A stretch of DNA of 64,000 bases from Candidatus Bathyarchaeota archaeon (GCA_963782525.1 CAWAKC010000007.1:128001-192000), one strand, 5' to 3'; numbered from the stretch's first letter, positions 10,915 through 21,363 are shown. Notes: generated by a model from the letters alone, not told the origin. Numbers and translations are program-made.

Positions 10915-10967
10915 CCAATAGGACCAACCTACCTTCTAAGGTTTCAACCGCATAGGTTGGTTATTGG
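10915..10967. other. Intergenic stem-loop 3' of the YVTN gene
   Basis: CCAATA-GG-ACCAACCTA / TAGGTTGGT-TATTGG inverted repeat; 15 bp with a 2-nt bulge and a 21-nt loop. Confidence 0.5.
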
Positions 10968-10991
10968 ATCCAAATAACCGAAAATCAGATG

Positions 10992-12111
10992 TTACATTCT
11001 TCTTTTGATAGCCAAAACCGCTCCAACTATTATGACTGTCACCGCTACAATCACTATAACGTATAGTGTTTCTTGGGGGACTTCTGGTTTATCGGGAAGA
11101 AGAGATGTAGCGTTAGGGGAATCAGAAATTACTGAGACCACGTTTGTTTCAGAATGTATAACAAAAACCTCGTCCCTGCCAGCATCGTAAGCTAAGTTTA
11201 AAGGCTGGATTTGCAGGGCAACCGTATCAATCACAGAATTATTGCTGTCGGAAATAACGGAGACGGAACTAAGAGTTATAGTTGGCAACAAAGATTTCTC
11301 TTTTATCTGCGGCATAATCTAAGCCAATCGGGTTCTTTCCCACGGGTATTGTTGCAACGACGGTTTTTTGGCTATCAGATATTACTGAAACAGAACTGGA
11401 ATTGTGGTTGGCTACAAAAATTTCGTTTTTAGCTGAATCGTAGGTTAAGCTTGCAGGCTGGCTACCAACTGTCACGTTTGCAACAACCGTGTTGGTGCTG
11501 TCCGATATCACCAAAACCTCATTGTCCAATGCATGACCCACGTAAATCTCTCCTGTCGCATTATCGTAAGCCAAAGCGCAAGGCTGATTTCCAACTGGTA
11601 TGGTTGCAACAATAGAATAATTGCTATCGGATATCACTGAAACCGAACTAGAATTAAAATTGGCAATAAACACCTCGTCTTTAGCGGAATCGTAGGCTAA
11701 GGCGGAAGGCTGGCGGCCCACGGCTATACTTGCGACCACAGTGTTGGTGCTGTCAGATATCACCGAGACAGAATTGTCGCCGTAGTTGGCAACATAGAGT
11801 TCGCCTTTCCCAGAATTATAAACTATACCATAGGGCAAGGTTCCCACAGATATGTTAGCAACTGCGACATGGGAACTATCGGAAATCACCGTTACCGAAT
11901 TAAAATCCACATTAGTGATGAACATCTCGCTCTTGCCATAATCATAAGCGATGCCGTAATGTCCACCATATTCTGTTCCTGAGGTTATGTATTCTGTTAC
12001 CCCTATAGCGCTGACCAGATTGATTGTTTGTAAAGCAATTATCACAATGAATATCACGCCTACAATCTTCCAAGCTTTAACTATCATAGACATGCCCAAC
12101 TTCTGTGCCAT
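10992..12111 (-). pseudogene. YVTN/YncE-type beta-propeller surface protein split by a +1 frameshift
   Basis: ORF 11269..12111 carries repeats like AYDSAKDEVFIANFNSSSVSVISDS. It ends TAT AAC TCT T AGT TCC GTC; removing one T at 11271/11272 restores YNSSSVSVISDS and joins ORF 10992..11315, which holds the last blade and the TM anchor. Confidence 0.8.
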
Positions 12112-12299
12112 GATGCTTTACCGTCTTTTTTCACTTGTGCTATTGGCATCGTTCAAAGTAAATACTTTAACGGTTCAAATGACAAAAGCGCAAAATTAAA
12201 TTGAGGCTGCAGAACCTGAAATTATCATTCTTACTTGATAACCCTGAGTAACTGGGATATGCTTATTTAATTCTGGTTTTTTAGTATAGGAAAGGTCAT

Positions 12300-13742
12300 T
12301 TGCGTATGCCTATTGCTGAAACTCGCCGATTGAAGGTTGCATTGATTAGTCCTCCGCCTGCTTCACAATGGGCTTTTGTTGATTATCAATACCCGCTTAT
12401 TGGGTTGGCTTATTTGGCGGCCGTTTTGGAAAAAGATGGGCATGCTGTTATGGTGATCGATTGTCCGCCGCAGCACCTGACTTATGGGCATATTGACCAT
12501 GAGTTAAGCCGTTTTCAGCCTGACATGGTCGGCATCACCTCCGTAACTGCCACCTTCAACTCAGCACTAAAAGTAGCACAAAACACAAAGCAGACATGCC
12601 CCAAAGCTCTGGTGGTTTTGGGTGGACCACACGTTACAATCGCCGACGACCAGTTCCTCCTGCAACACCCAGAAGTAGATGTGGTCGTGAAGGGGGAAGG
12701 CGAACAAACCCTCATCGAACTCGCTCGTTACGTGATTGGTACAAGGAGCCTAAATGATGTTGCTGGCATAGCTTTCAACAGCAAAGGACAAGTGATCCAC
12801 ACAGCCAACCGAGCTTGTATCCAAAACCTCGACGACCTACCCTACCCAGCTTATCACTATTTCCCATTAATCAAGTACCGTATCTTCAAAAAAATCGGCG
12901 TCCCCATCCTAACCAGCCGAGGATGCAGTTCTGGCTGCAGTTTCTGTTTGGTTCCTCAGATCGCTGGGAACAATTTTAGGGCAAGAAGCCCAGCAAGCGT
13001 CTTAAACGAATTGCAAGCGGTAAAAGAGAGATACCATGTCGACTTTGTTACCTTCAACGATGAAATATTCACCTACGACAAACAGCGGGTTTTGGATATT
13101 TGCTCGGGAATAAAGCAGCGCAAAATTAAGGTGCCTTGGGACTGCCAAACTCGAGTTGACCTTATATCAAAAGAACTGCTAAACGCTATGAAAGAAGCAA
13201 ATTGCCAATCCATTAACTTCGGCGTAGAATCAGCTAACCAAGGAATTCTAAACGCTATTGGAAAGGGCACGACGGTGCATCAGAACGCAGCTGCTATTCG
13301 GTTGGCTAAAGAAGCAGGATTATCGGTCACAGTCTCTTTGGTCCTTGGTTACCCAGGCGAAACGGACCAAACCATCCATCAAACCATCGACTTCATCAAA
13401 AGAACCGAACCCGACGACCTCTACCTTTTCCTGGCAACACCCTTCCCCAGCACCCAACTGCGTGATGCTGTTAGCGATTTAGGGTGGAAAATGTCGCAGG
13501 ACTGGAATAGCTATGAGATGCAGACAGCTAGTTTCGAAAACCAAGGTATTCCCTTTGACCGAATAAATAAGATGCGTGAAGTTTTCTATAATCAGTTGTA
13601 TTCGCCTACCTACATTTTGAAGCAGTCTGTGAAAGGAACCATTTACAGCAAAATTATGGTTGAGAATGCGTTGCATCAGCTTCTTTGGCGAATGAAGTTG
13701 ACTTGGCTTTCTTCGAACTTTAAGAGAATCGTGCGTTTATAG
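12300..13742 (+). CDS. Cobalamin-binding radical SAM protein
   Basis: PLIGLAYL, GGPHVT, GEGE, SRGCSSGCSFC; close paralog of 7926..9398 (KVPWDCQTRVD vs NVPWDAQTRVD). Confidence 0.9.
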   Translation: MRMPIAETRRLKVALISPPPASQWAFVDYQYPLIGLAYLAAVLEKDGHAVMVIDCPPQHLTYGHIDHELSRFQPDMVGITSVTATFNSALKVAQNTKQTCPKALVVLGGPHVTIADDQFLLQHPEVDVVVKGEGEQTLIELARYVIGTRSLNDVAGIAFNSKGQVIHTANRACIQNLDDLPYPAYHYFPLIKYRIFKKIGVPILTSRGCSSGCSFCLVPQIAGNNFRARSPASVLNELQAVKERYHVDFVTFNDEIFTYDKQRVLDICSGIKQRKIKVPWDCQTRVDLISKELLNAMKEANCQSINFGVESANQGILNAIGKGTTVHQNAAAIRLAKEAGLSVTVSLVLGYPGETDQTIHQTIDFIKRTEPDDLYLFLATPFPSTQLRDAVSDLGWKMSQDWNSYEMQTASFENQGIPFDRINKMREVFYNQLYSPTYILKQSVKGTIYSKIMVENALHQLLWRMKLTWLSSNFKRIVRL

Positions 13743-13781
13743 ATTCAATTTTTTTTTGAAAACTTGCTTTCTTTGAGATTT

Positions 13782-13919
13782 AAACAAAAAAAGAAAAAGG
13801 GTTGTTGTTTTAGTTTTGATGGTTGTGGCTTATTTCTTTCTGAGCATCAATAGAGCCAAAACAATGGCCACTATGATGATGAGAACGAACAAACCTGCAA
13901 TCGCTGGAACAAAGTATTG
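13782..13919. repeat. 138-bp direct repeat, copy 1 (anchor-coding 3' end plus terminator of paralog 2)
   Basis: Matches 18172..18309 with 2 mismatches. Confidence 0.9.
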
Positions 13920-16694
13920 ATCTGCAACTGATGAGACTGGTGTTGCTGTTGGTGCGGGTGTTGCTGCTGCTGCGCCGATTGAGAAGCTTGACTCAGCCGT
14001 TGATGGCCAGTATGCGTGTGACCCTGCGAATGATGCTAGGACTGTGTACATACCTGGGCCTGCTGCGGTCATGGCTGGTGTAACTTCGAATGCGTAGTAT
14101 CCGTTTGCGTCGCTGTGGGTTGTGCCGACTGGGTTGCTGTTTCCGTTGGGGTCAATGATCGTTATTGATACATCGACACCTGCAACGTTGGTTGGCTTTG
14201 GATTCTGGTAGTAGACATATTCCATCCAGGAAGTTTGATCGTTGTCATTAACTGCTGCGACCCCATTGGGGAATCTTGCAGCTACGGTTGTTTGCTTTGT
14301 GCCTGCGGAAATGTCCATAACTGTACCTTGTACGGTTAAGCCGTTTCCTTGGATAACACCGCCTAAGGGTGTTTGGCAAGTTGTTTGTGTTGGACCCATA
14401 CCGAATGCGTAGATTTGGTTGTCGAATTCGTTGAGAGATACGAGGTATCCATCAGCTACTGCTAAGGTTCCGCCTTTGAAGAAGGTGATGTTCCAGATTT
14501 GTTGTCCTGTTAATGCGTCGATGTCTTGTAGGTATTCGGCTGCTTCAAGGTTTGGTCCGGGGCTGTGTTCTGCGCTGCTTGTGTAGACGTTGTTTGCTGA
14601 GAAGGCGCTGATTGATGCTGGTGCATATGCCCAGTAACCGTCATAGCCCATTTCAGCTGATTGGTAAGTGAACAGTAAGTTTCCAGTGGTTGCGTTGTAT
14701 GCGTATACCAGTCCGCCTGTGCCGCTTGCGTCACCGCTGTAGAGAACACCATTGTAGATTCCGCCGCTGACACCGTAGACGTGGTTAACAGTTTCTGGTT
14801 GACCAGTCCAAAGGAGTGCGCCAGTGGTTGTACTGTATGCTTTCCAGGCAGCTGTTTCTTTTTGGAGCATTGCAAACACGCCGTTGCCTAAGTTGTTTTG
14901 GTTGAACAGCATGGTGTAGTTGTCTGTGCGTGGACCTGAGACTGACCACAATACTTTGCCGATGGTATCTGGGGCAATGCTGATTGCGTATTGGACATAG
15001 GAAGTGGGTGATGGATAAGATGCTGTGCCGAGAATTGCTGGCAGTGTGCTGAATATTAGTTCTTGGTCGTTTTGGTCAACAGCGAAGAGTAATGCGCTGC
15101 CGGTACTGCTTGAAGTTGTGGGTATACCGCCTTGTGGACCTGCGGTAATGTTATAAACGGTTGTTCCTGACAGGGCAGCGTCTATTTGCGCGCCAAGTGC
15201 TGGTCTGTAGAACCAGTAGCTGTTTGAGGAAGATCCATAGACAACTGTATTATTTCTTAAGGATGGATAGGTTTCATAAACGTTTGTGATTGCTGCAGTG
15301 CTGTTCCATACGGATAGTGTATTAGCGGCATTGTCAACAGTGTAGATTATAATGTTGCCGTTTTGGTCAGTAGTCATGCTTGGAGAAGCAAAGCGCTGTG
15401 CTGAGTTTGGTACGTTCCAAAGGTTAGTTATCCAGTTGCCAGTCATTGGGTCGAATGCTGACCAGACGTTAGATCCATTGTAAGCTGTCCAAACTGCCCA
15501 GAGAGTATCGATGGTTCCGTGTTGGTTTGGTGATTCAAAGTCCATTTCTTGTCCAAAGCTTAGTTGCGGATAGCTGTTCTTGTTGAAGTTTGAGACGCCT
15601 ACACCATTTGGATTAGGACTGTTTGTTCCGGCCCATGCGTTTGTACCGTTCTGGTACCAAACTGTCTGTCCAGTGTGTAAGTCAACATCGACAAAGCCGT
15701 ATTCTGGTGGGTTAGGTGTGTTGTAGTAGAGTTGTCCGTTCATGATAATACAGTTTGAGAACATTGTTTCGTATGATTGATAACCATAGTAGTTGTCTCC
15801 GCCAGTGTTAAGTTGCTGTGGGTTACCTGCAACTCCGCCAAAGTTTATTGGTTTAGACCAGGCAATGTGGGCAGTTGTTGGTGGAGTTGTATAGTCGTTG
15901 ATGCTTCCGCCTATGTTGTTCTCTGGAATTTGAGTGCCTTGATAGTTCGGTGCGATTGATTGACCTAGCCAGTCGCCAGTGACATAAGACCATGTTGCAT
16001 GGCCTGCTTGACTGACGGGTTCGCTCCAGTATTCGGTCGGCATTGGGTAGACTATTTCGGTTGGAATTGGGGTTGATTGTACGTTGACTGAGACTGATCC
16101 TGACATGCTGTCGAGGTAGTATTTGTGCCAGTTTGCGCCTGCAATAACATATTCTTCGCCAACATAAAGTGATACGCCGTTAGCTGTTGCATAGTCTTGG
16201 GCCTTAGCAAGGTTAGCTGGGCTTAGGTTTGCAATTGCTTGGGGATCGATTCCGTTCGGTGTTTCGTCGATGAGTTTTGCAGGTGTGAATCCTTGGAATG
16301 AGTAGTTGCCTTCCATGGTTGGTGTGAATGTCAAGAATATTGTGCCGACTGGGTCAGATGTTACTGGTCCGAGTGTTGAGTTTGTGCCGTCTGGTGCTGT
16401 TACGGTTACGTACATTCCTGTCCATCGGTCACCGTAGGCTCCGCTTCCGGTAGGTGGCAGGTTTGCAGTCCATAGGAAAACGCTGATTTGCTGGCCGACA
16501 CCGACTGTTGGTGGAAATGCGTTAATGTATGACCACTGTGGAATGATCAATGATGGTGTGACCGCTTGTGCGTTAGTTCGCGGTACTGCTACTGCGAATG
16601 CGCTAACTGCCATCAATAGAATCATTACTATTGCGCCTATAGTTGCTTTGTTTCGTAGGAGTTCCATTTTGTTTGTTGCTAAAATATTTGACAT
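13830..16694 (-). CDS. Secreted PQQ-like beta-propeller surface protein (paralog 2)
   Basis: 954 aa; signal peptide; DPVG, ESPNQHG, AEHS, WMEY; ADQYFVP + TM + LRKK. Confidence 0.85.
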   Translation of the reverse strand: MSNILATNKMELLRNKATIGAIVMILLMAVSAFAVAVPRTNAQAVTPSLIIPQWSYINAFPPTVGVGQQISVFLWTANLPPTGSGAYGDRWTGMYVTVTAPDGTNSTLGPVTSDPVGTIFLTFTPTMEGNYSFQGFTPAKLIDETPNGIDPQAIANLSPANLAKAQDYATANGVSLYVGEEYVIAGANWHKYYLDSMSGSVSVNVQSTPIPTEIVYPMPTEYWSEPVSQAGHATWSYVTGDWLGQSIAPNYQGTQIPENNIGGSINDYTTPPTTAHIAWSKPINFGGVAGNPQQLNTGGDNYYGYQSYETMFSNCIIMNGQLYYNTPNPPEYGFVDVDLHTGQTVWYQNGTNAWAGTNSPNPNGVGVSNFNKNSYPQLSFGQEMDFESPNQHGTIDTLWAVWTAYNGSNVWSAFDPMTGNWITNLWNVPNSAQRFASPSMTTDQNGNIIIYTVDNAANTLSVWNSTAAITNVYETYPSLRNNTVVYGSSSNSYWFYRPALGAQIDAALSGTTVYNITAGPQGGIPTTSSSTGSALLFAVDQNDQELIFSTLPAILGTASYPSPTSYVQYAISIAPDTIGKVLWSVSGPRTDNYTMLFNQNNLGNGVFAMLQKETAAWKAYSTTTGALLWTGQPETVNHVYGVSGGIYNGVLYSGDASGTGGLVYAYNATTGNLLFTYQSAEMGYDGYWAYAPASISAFSANNVYTSSAEHSPGPNLEAAEYLQDIDALTGQQIWNITFFKGGTLAVADGYLVSLNEFDNQIYAFGMGPTQTTCQTPLGGVIQGNGLTVQGTVMDISAGTKQTTVAARFPNGVAAVNDNDQTSWMEYVYYQNPKPTNVAGVDVSITIIDPNGNSNPVGTTHSDANGYYAFEVTPAMTAAGPGMYTVLASFAGSHAYWPSTAESSFSIGAAAATPAPTATPVSSVADQYFVPAIAGLFVLIIIVAIVLALLMLRKK

Positions 16695-16719
16695 TTTTTC
16701 TTTTCTCCTAAAATTTTAT

Positions 16720-16769
16720 ACATATTTTTGATATGCATATCCATATGTCTGGGTTTCTGGGCTTAAAAA
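16720..16769 (-). promoter_or_regulatory. TATA-like element and palindromic leader/operator of paralog 2
   Basis: TTTTTAAG at 16762-16769; perfect palindrome GATATGCATATC (16730-16741) nested in ACATAT...ATATGT; AGGAGAA SD-like sequence. Confidence 0.45.
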
Positions 16770-17002
16770 CCCTTTGTTAGTGCTTGGATTGCTCTGTGAG
16801 CCAAGCGATAAACAAAATGGGAAATTCTATATGAAAACTATGTCATAAAAGACAAAAAAATAATAAATCATAGCAGCAGAAGAGATGATTCTGCAGTTAT
16901 GTTGGAAAACGCAGTGGTTTTGAATACCGCAAAATCTTTTTTAGTGTGAAAAATATAGGGTAGAGCAAGATGGAAATCTGGTAGGCAATTGGAGGTTTTG
17001 GT

Positions 17003-18079
17003 TTGGAAGAGAAAAAAGGTCCTTTACTTATGACTTCTTGGAGGGCAACAGGTGCCTGTAATGCACGTTGCGCCTACTGTAATGTTGACGCTAAATGCGA
17101 ACATGCAGACAGAGAATTAACTACAAAAGAAGCCTTTGCCTTGGTTGATGAAGTTCACAGTTTCGGCGTCAGATGGTTTGGTATAAAGGGTGGGGAACCC
17201 TTGATGCGAAAAGACATCTTTGAGATAGTTAAGTACGCTAAGAGCAAAGGCCTCAACGTTTGCCTATTAACGAACGGATGCTTTGTTGACGGAGAAATCT
17301 ACGATAATTTGGTAAAAAACCAGGTTTGGACGTCTGTTAGCATCGATGGACCAGAAGAAATAAACGATCAACTTCGTGGAAAAGGGTCATACAAAAAGGC
17401 ATTGGCAGCAATCGAAAAATTGTCTAAGGGCAAAATTCTCAACGGCTTAGCCTGTGCCATAACAACCATAAATTACAAGTATCTTGACCATGTGGCAGAG
17501 CTAGCTGACAAATACCACGCCAACTTTGTCTGGTACAATCATTTGGTTCCAAGTGGAAGGGCAAAATCGATGATGGATTTAACTCCGTCGCCGGAACAGT
17601 ACGAGTGGACTTTAAATCACATTTGGGATTTAACGCAAAAATACGAGGGCAAATTCGAGATTCACGTCCACTGCCCACATTATGCACGGGTGGTTAAACA
17701 AAGAAACATACCAAACTTTGACGAGTGGTATGAACACAAATTCCATGGAAAATGCACATACTTCGCATTCGGCGGATATCTAAGCGTAACTGAAAACGGA
17801 AACTTGATACCTTGCTTCTATACTGATCTTCGACCTTCTGAACCAATGATGTTAGGAAATATACGAGACAAAGCACTCACCAAAGCATGGAAAGAAGTTC
17901 AAGAATCAAAATATTACAATAGCTTCAAAGACAGAAACGTCCTGAAGGGGAAATGCGGAGTCTGCGAATACAGGGAACTATGCGGCGGCTGCAGAAATAG
18001 AGCATACACGCTAACAGGAGACATCTACGAGTCTGATGCTGCCTGTGCCTATGTGCCTGAGAGCTTGCGCAAAAAATAG
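17003..18079 (+). CDS. Radical SAM/SPASM protein, AhbC/AhbD/NirJ-like
   Basis: CNARCAYC, GGEPL, SIDG, VPSGRA; SPASM tail GKCGVCEYRELCGGCRNRAY...DAAC. Confidence 0.88.
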   Translation: MEEKKGPLLMTSWRATGACNARCAYCNVDAKCEHADRELTTKEAFALVDEVHSFGVRWFGIKGGEPLMRKDIFEIVKYAKSKGLNVCLLTNGCFVDGEIYDNLVKNQVWTSVSIDGPEEINDQLRGKGSYKKALAAIEKLSKGKILNGLACAITTINYKYLDHVAELADKYHANFVWYNHLVPSGRAKSMMDLTPSPEQYEWTLNHIWDLTQKYEGKFEIHVHCPHYARVVKQRNIPNFDEWYEHKFHGKCTYFAFGGYLSVTENGNLIPCFYTDLRPSEPMMLGNIRDKALTKAWKEVQESKYYNSFKDRNVLKGKCGVCEYRELCGGCRNRAYTLTGDIYESDAACAYVPESLRKK

Positions 18080-18171
18080 AACCGAATTCTTTCTTTTTTA
18101 TCTGTTTTTTTTGGCTAAATTTTAATATATCTAAAAAGCCGTCTCTGAGCTTTATTTTCTTTGAGAAGATG

Positions 18172-18309
18172 AAACAAAAAAAGAAAAAGGGTTGTTGTTT
18201 TAGTTTTAGTGGTTGTGGCTTATTTCTTTCTGAGCATCAATAGAGCCAAAACAATGGCCACTATGATGATGAGAACGAACAAACCTGCAATCGCTGGAAC
18301 AAAGTATTG
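18172..18309. repeat. 138-bp direct repeat, copy 2 (anchor-coding 3' end plus terminator of paralog 3)
   Basis: Matches 13782..13919 with 2 mismatches. Confidence 0.9.
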
Positions 18310-21036
18310 GTCAGCTGTGGATTCTGCGATTGGTGTTGCTGCTGGTGTGGATGCTGGAGCATCATTGACCGCTAAGTAGGTTGATGCACTTGATGGACCG
18401 TATGCTGCTGAGCCTGCGAAGTTTGCGATGATTTGGTATGTGCCTGGAACTTGTGGTGTGTATTTCAAACCAAAGTTACCGTTGCTGTCGCTGGTGACTG
18501 TGCCTATGTCGATGATGTTTCCGTTGGGGTCGATTGTTGTTAGGCTGACTGGGACACCGGTTGCGTTTGTTGGCTTTGGTCGGTCATGGAACATGTATTC
18601 CATCCAAGCATCCATCGAAGCATCGCCTATGGCTGGAGTGCCCTTGAGTGAAAAGTCAAGGTTTCCGGTTATAGTGCGGCGTCCTGAGGCTGTTTGGTCT
18701 GTTACTGTTCCAGTGATCATAACGCTGTTTCCTAAGGTTGGGACTGTTTGTGGTGTTAAGACTGTGGTTCCGCTTGGACCTTTACCGAAGCAGTAGATTT
18801 GGTTGTCGTGTGAATCTACACCGACAAGTCGTCCGTCTGCTAGGATTGGGGCTACACTTGGCCAGTTGGTCAGCATCCAGACTAGTTTGCCGCTAGTTAC
18901 GTTGACGTCCCAAAGCTGTGCGTCACGTCGGATTGGGTTGTTGACTGAGTGCTCGGTAGAGTAGAGGTATAGTTGCCCGTCACCTGATAGTGCTGCTAGG
19001 TAGGTTGGTGTGTATTGGTAGGATGTTTCGTCTAAGCCTACTGATGGAGCTGTCCAGTTCCACAGGAACGTTCCAGTCCGTGCATCGAACGCTCGGACGA
19101 CACCGGCATATCCACCACAGTCAATAAATTGACCGTTGTAGAATACGACTGCGCCCATTCCGTAGAATGCGAATTGTTCTGCTTGGGGTGCTGTCCACAG
19201 TAGGTTTCCTGTTGCAAGGTCATAGATGTAGTATTCTCTGTTCATTGGGTCCTGGTAGTAGAAGACATCTGCTTGTATGTTGACACCGCCGAATGATACG
19301 TCTTTGCCACTGAATTGTTCGCTTTGACCGTATGCGTCACCGACACCTTGTGGAGCTGTAAAGTTGTAGCTGTACAAGATATTTCCAATACTACCTTGTT
19401 TAAGGCTAATGTCTACAACCATGCCTGGAGTGCTTAGTGTGCCGTTGTTATAGCCTGCATAGATTATGACCATTTGGTCGTCAGGGATGATTTGGCGGAT
19501 TGCGTTGATGGATGTGCCTGTCATTGTAAGGCCTGATAGGCTTTGGTTTACCGATAGACCGTAGGTTCCGTCGTATGTCTGGTTGAAGTTGGGTCTCCAT
19601 AGCCAGTTGGTGTTGGTGCCTGAGCCGGAGTTAGTGATGACGTAGAATGGGTACATGATTGCCTGTGTTGTGTTCCAGCATTGTAGGTACCATGAAGGTG
19701 ATGTAGATGAACCTAAGTTAACTATGTTATATCTTAGTATGCTTCCATCTACGCCTACTGCTGAAGTACCAGTTGCACCTTGGGTTACGGTTCTACCGTC
19801 AGTTGCTTTTGAGGTCCATGTTACGTTGTCGATTGCGCAGATGCGTTGGTTGGTGAAGTCATCATACATTTCCCACTTGTTGCTTGTGTAAGATGCTGTT
19901 AGACCAGTGCTGTATGTTCCTCCTGGAGTGCTTGTGACCCAGTAGTAACCGATTTCACCGTGTTGGTTAGGAGAGTCAAAGGTAAGAACTTGACCGAATG
20001 CTGGTGCACCGACCGGTACGTTACCGGTACTTGTCTGTCCGGAGCCTACACCGACGACTGGACCTGTTGTGTTTGCCCAGTAGAGTGTTTCTCCAGTGTA
20101 TAGGTCAGTTTCGTAAAAGCCTTCGCGTGGGTTAGTCTGTGAGCTGTAGTAGATTTTGCCGTTTAGGACGAATTGTGGTCCACCGAAGTTTTCGTATGAT
20201 TGGCCGCTGTAGTAGGATTCATCTGGGCTTGATGCGTTGATTGTTGAGACACCGCCTGCGAGTCCACCGTCAAACCATGGTTTTGTCCATAGAATGTGTG
20301 AACTTGCTGGTCCTTGCGTGTATGGGTTGTATCTGCCGTTGTTGCCGTATTGTGCGAGTTCATTAGCTCCTAGCCATTGACCCATCAATACCTGAGCCAT
20401 GCCTCTGTTAGTATCGTAAACAGGACGTGTCCAGTAGTCAGTAGTGACTGGAGTTTCAATGTAGTGTGGTACTGGATCGTTGGTCACTGTCAATACTTGG
20501 TATTGGCTGTAAGCTTCTTCGAAGACTACGCCGACTGCTTTCCATCCTGCAGGGGTGGCAGTTGTGGCGGGAGGTTGACCTGATGGCCACCAACCTGCTC
20601 CTCTTGTAGAGAAGAAGGGCGGAAGTGCACCTCTGCTTGCGCCGCCGTCAATTACGTGTCTTTGCATATAGACTTGGACTACGTATGTGCCGGTTGTTTC
20701 GGGTGTGTAGTAGGTGTATGCTGCGCCGACTGGGTCGGATTGGATGTTTGTAATTGTGTCGTTGGTTCCGTCTGGTTTAATGATGTTAACATCAAAGGTC
20801 CAGCGGTCACCGTATTCTCCTAAGGCTGTTGGGGGTAATTTGTCGCACCAGAAAGTAAAGATTGATGATTGTCCTACGCCGATTGTGTTTGGTGACAGCG
20901 AAAGGTAAACCATGTCTTTATAGAAGTTCATATAAGCTGTTGTAGCCTGTGTTGTTTGAGCGATAGAGCAAACAATTGCTAACATTAGAACTATTGCAAA
21001 TATCGAGGCTATTTTTTTCTTTTGAAGTATTTTCAT
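18220..21036 (-). CDS. Secreted PQQ-like beta-propeller surface protein (paralog 3)
   Basis: Start re-assigned to ATG 21036 (MKILQKKK + signal peptide, AGGAAAG upstream); DPVG, DSPNQHG, TEHS, WMEY; ADQYFVP + TM + LRKK. Confidence 0.85.
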   Translation of the reverse strand: MKILQKKKIASIFAIVLMLAIVCSIAQTTQATTAYMNFYKDMVYLSLSPNTIGVGQSSIFTFWCDKLPPTALGEYGDRWTFDVNIIKPDGTNDTITNIQSDPVGAAYTYYTPETTGTYVVQVYMQRHVIDGGASRGALPPFFSTRGAGWWPSGQPPATTATPAGWKAVGVVFEEAYSQYQVLTVTNDPVPHYIETPVTTDYWTRPVYDTNRGMAQVLMGQWLGANELAQYGNNGRYNPYTQGPASSHILWTKPWFDGGLAGGVSTINASSPDESYYSGQSYENFGGPQFVLNGKIYYSSQTNPREGFYETDLYTGETLYWANTTGPVVGVGSGQTSTGNVPVGAPAFGQVLTFDSPNQHGEIGYYWVTSTPGGTYSTGLTASYTSNKWEMYDDFTNQRICAIDNVTWTSKATDGRTVTQGATGTSAVGVDGSILRYNIVNLGSSTSPSWYLQCWNTTQAIMYPFYVITNSGSGTNTNWLWRPNFNQTYDGTYGLSVNQSLSGLTMTGTSINAIRQIIPDDQMVIIYAGYNNGTLSTPGMVVDISLKQGSIGNILYSYNFTAPQGVGDAYGQSEQFSGKDVSFGGVNIQADVFYYQDPMNREYYIYDLATGNLLWTAPQAEQFAFYGMGAVVFYNGQFIDCGGYAGVVRAFDARTGTFLWNWTAPSVGLDETSYQYTPTYLAALSGDGQLYLYSTEHSVNNPIRRDAQLWDVNVTSGKLVWMLTNWPSVAPILADGRLVGVDSHDNQIYCFGKGPSGTTVLTPQTVPTLGNSVMITGTVTDQTASGRRTITGNLDFSLKGTPAIGDASMDAWMEYMFHDRPKPTNATGVPVSLTTIDPNGNIIDIGTVTSDSNGNFGLKYTPQVPGTYQIIANFAGSAAYGPSSASTYLAVNDAPASTPAATPIAESTADQYFVPAIAGLFVLIIIVAIVLALLMLRKK

Positions 21037-21075
21037 ATTTTTTCTTTCCTTTAAATTTTTTCTTTCCTTTTTTCT

Positions 21076-21141
21076 GAGCAAGAAGCTATTAAGGGATAGC
21101 CCCTACTCGGAGGTAGCTCCTATTCTCGGAATGCTTATAAA
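21076..21141 (-). promoter_or_regulatory. TATA box (TTTATAAG) and 5'-UTR stem-loop of paralog 3
   Basis: GAGUAGGGGCUAU-CCCUUA-AUAGCUUCUUGCUC (13 bp with G-U pairs and 1 bulge), starting 33 nt after the first T of the TATA. Confidence 0.6.
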
Positions 21142-21363
21142 TTTTATGGGAGTTACACATGGTATTTGAAGCATAAATAAGGTAGTTTTTTTAGATAGCT
21201 ACCTAATTTTTCGCCGAATTAAATTCTAATAAAAGCAATAATACACGATATATTTCTTATGATACATTAGTTAAACTCTGAGAACAATTCAGGGTGATAA
21301 TAGTTCATTATCCAAAAAAAATTAAAAAAAATAAAAAGAAAATTTGTTTTGTTTGTGCTTTGT

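Noticed and set aside
11269-11271. Pyrrolysine at the TAG of the YVTN gene
   Set aside because: The repeat continues in another frame, so a one-base insertion explains it fully.
17003-18079. PqqE and PQQ biosynthesis for the PQQ-like propellers
   Set aside because: No pqqA-like E-x3-Y peptide gene or pqqB/C/D in the window, and the SPASM tail is of the AhbC/AhbD/NirJ type.
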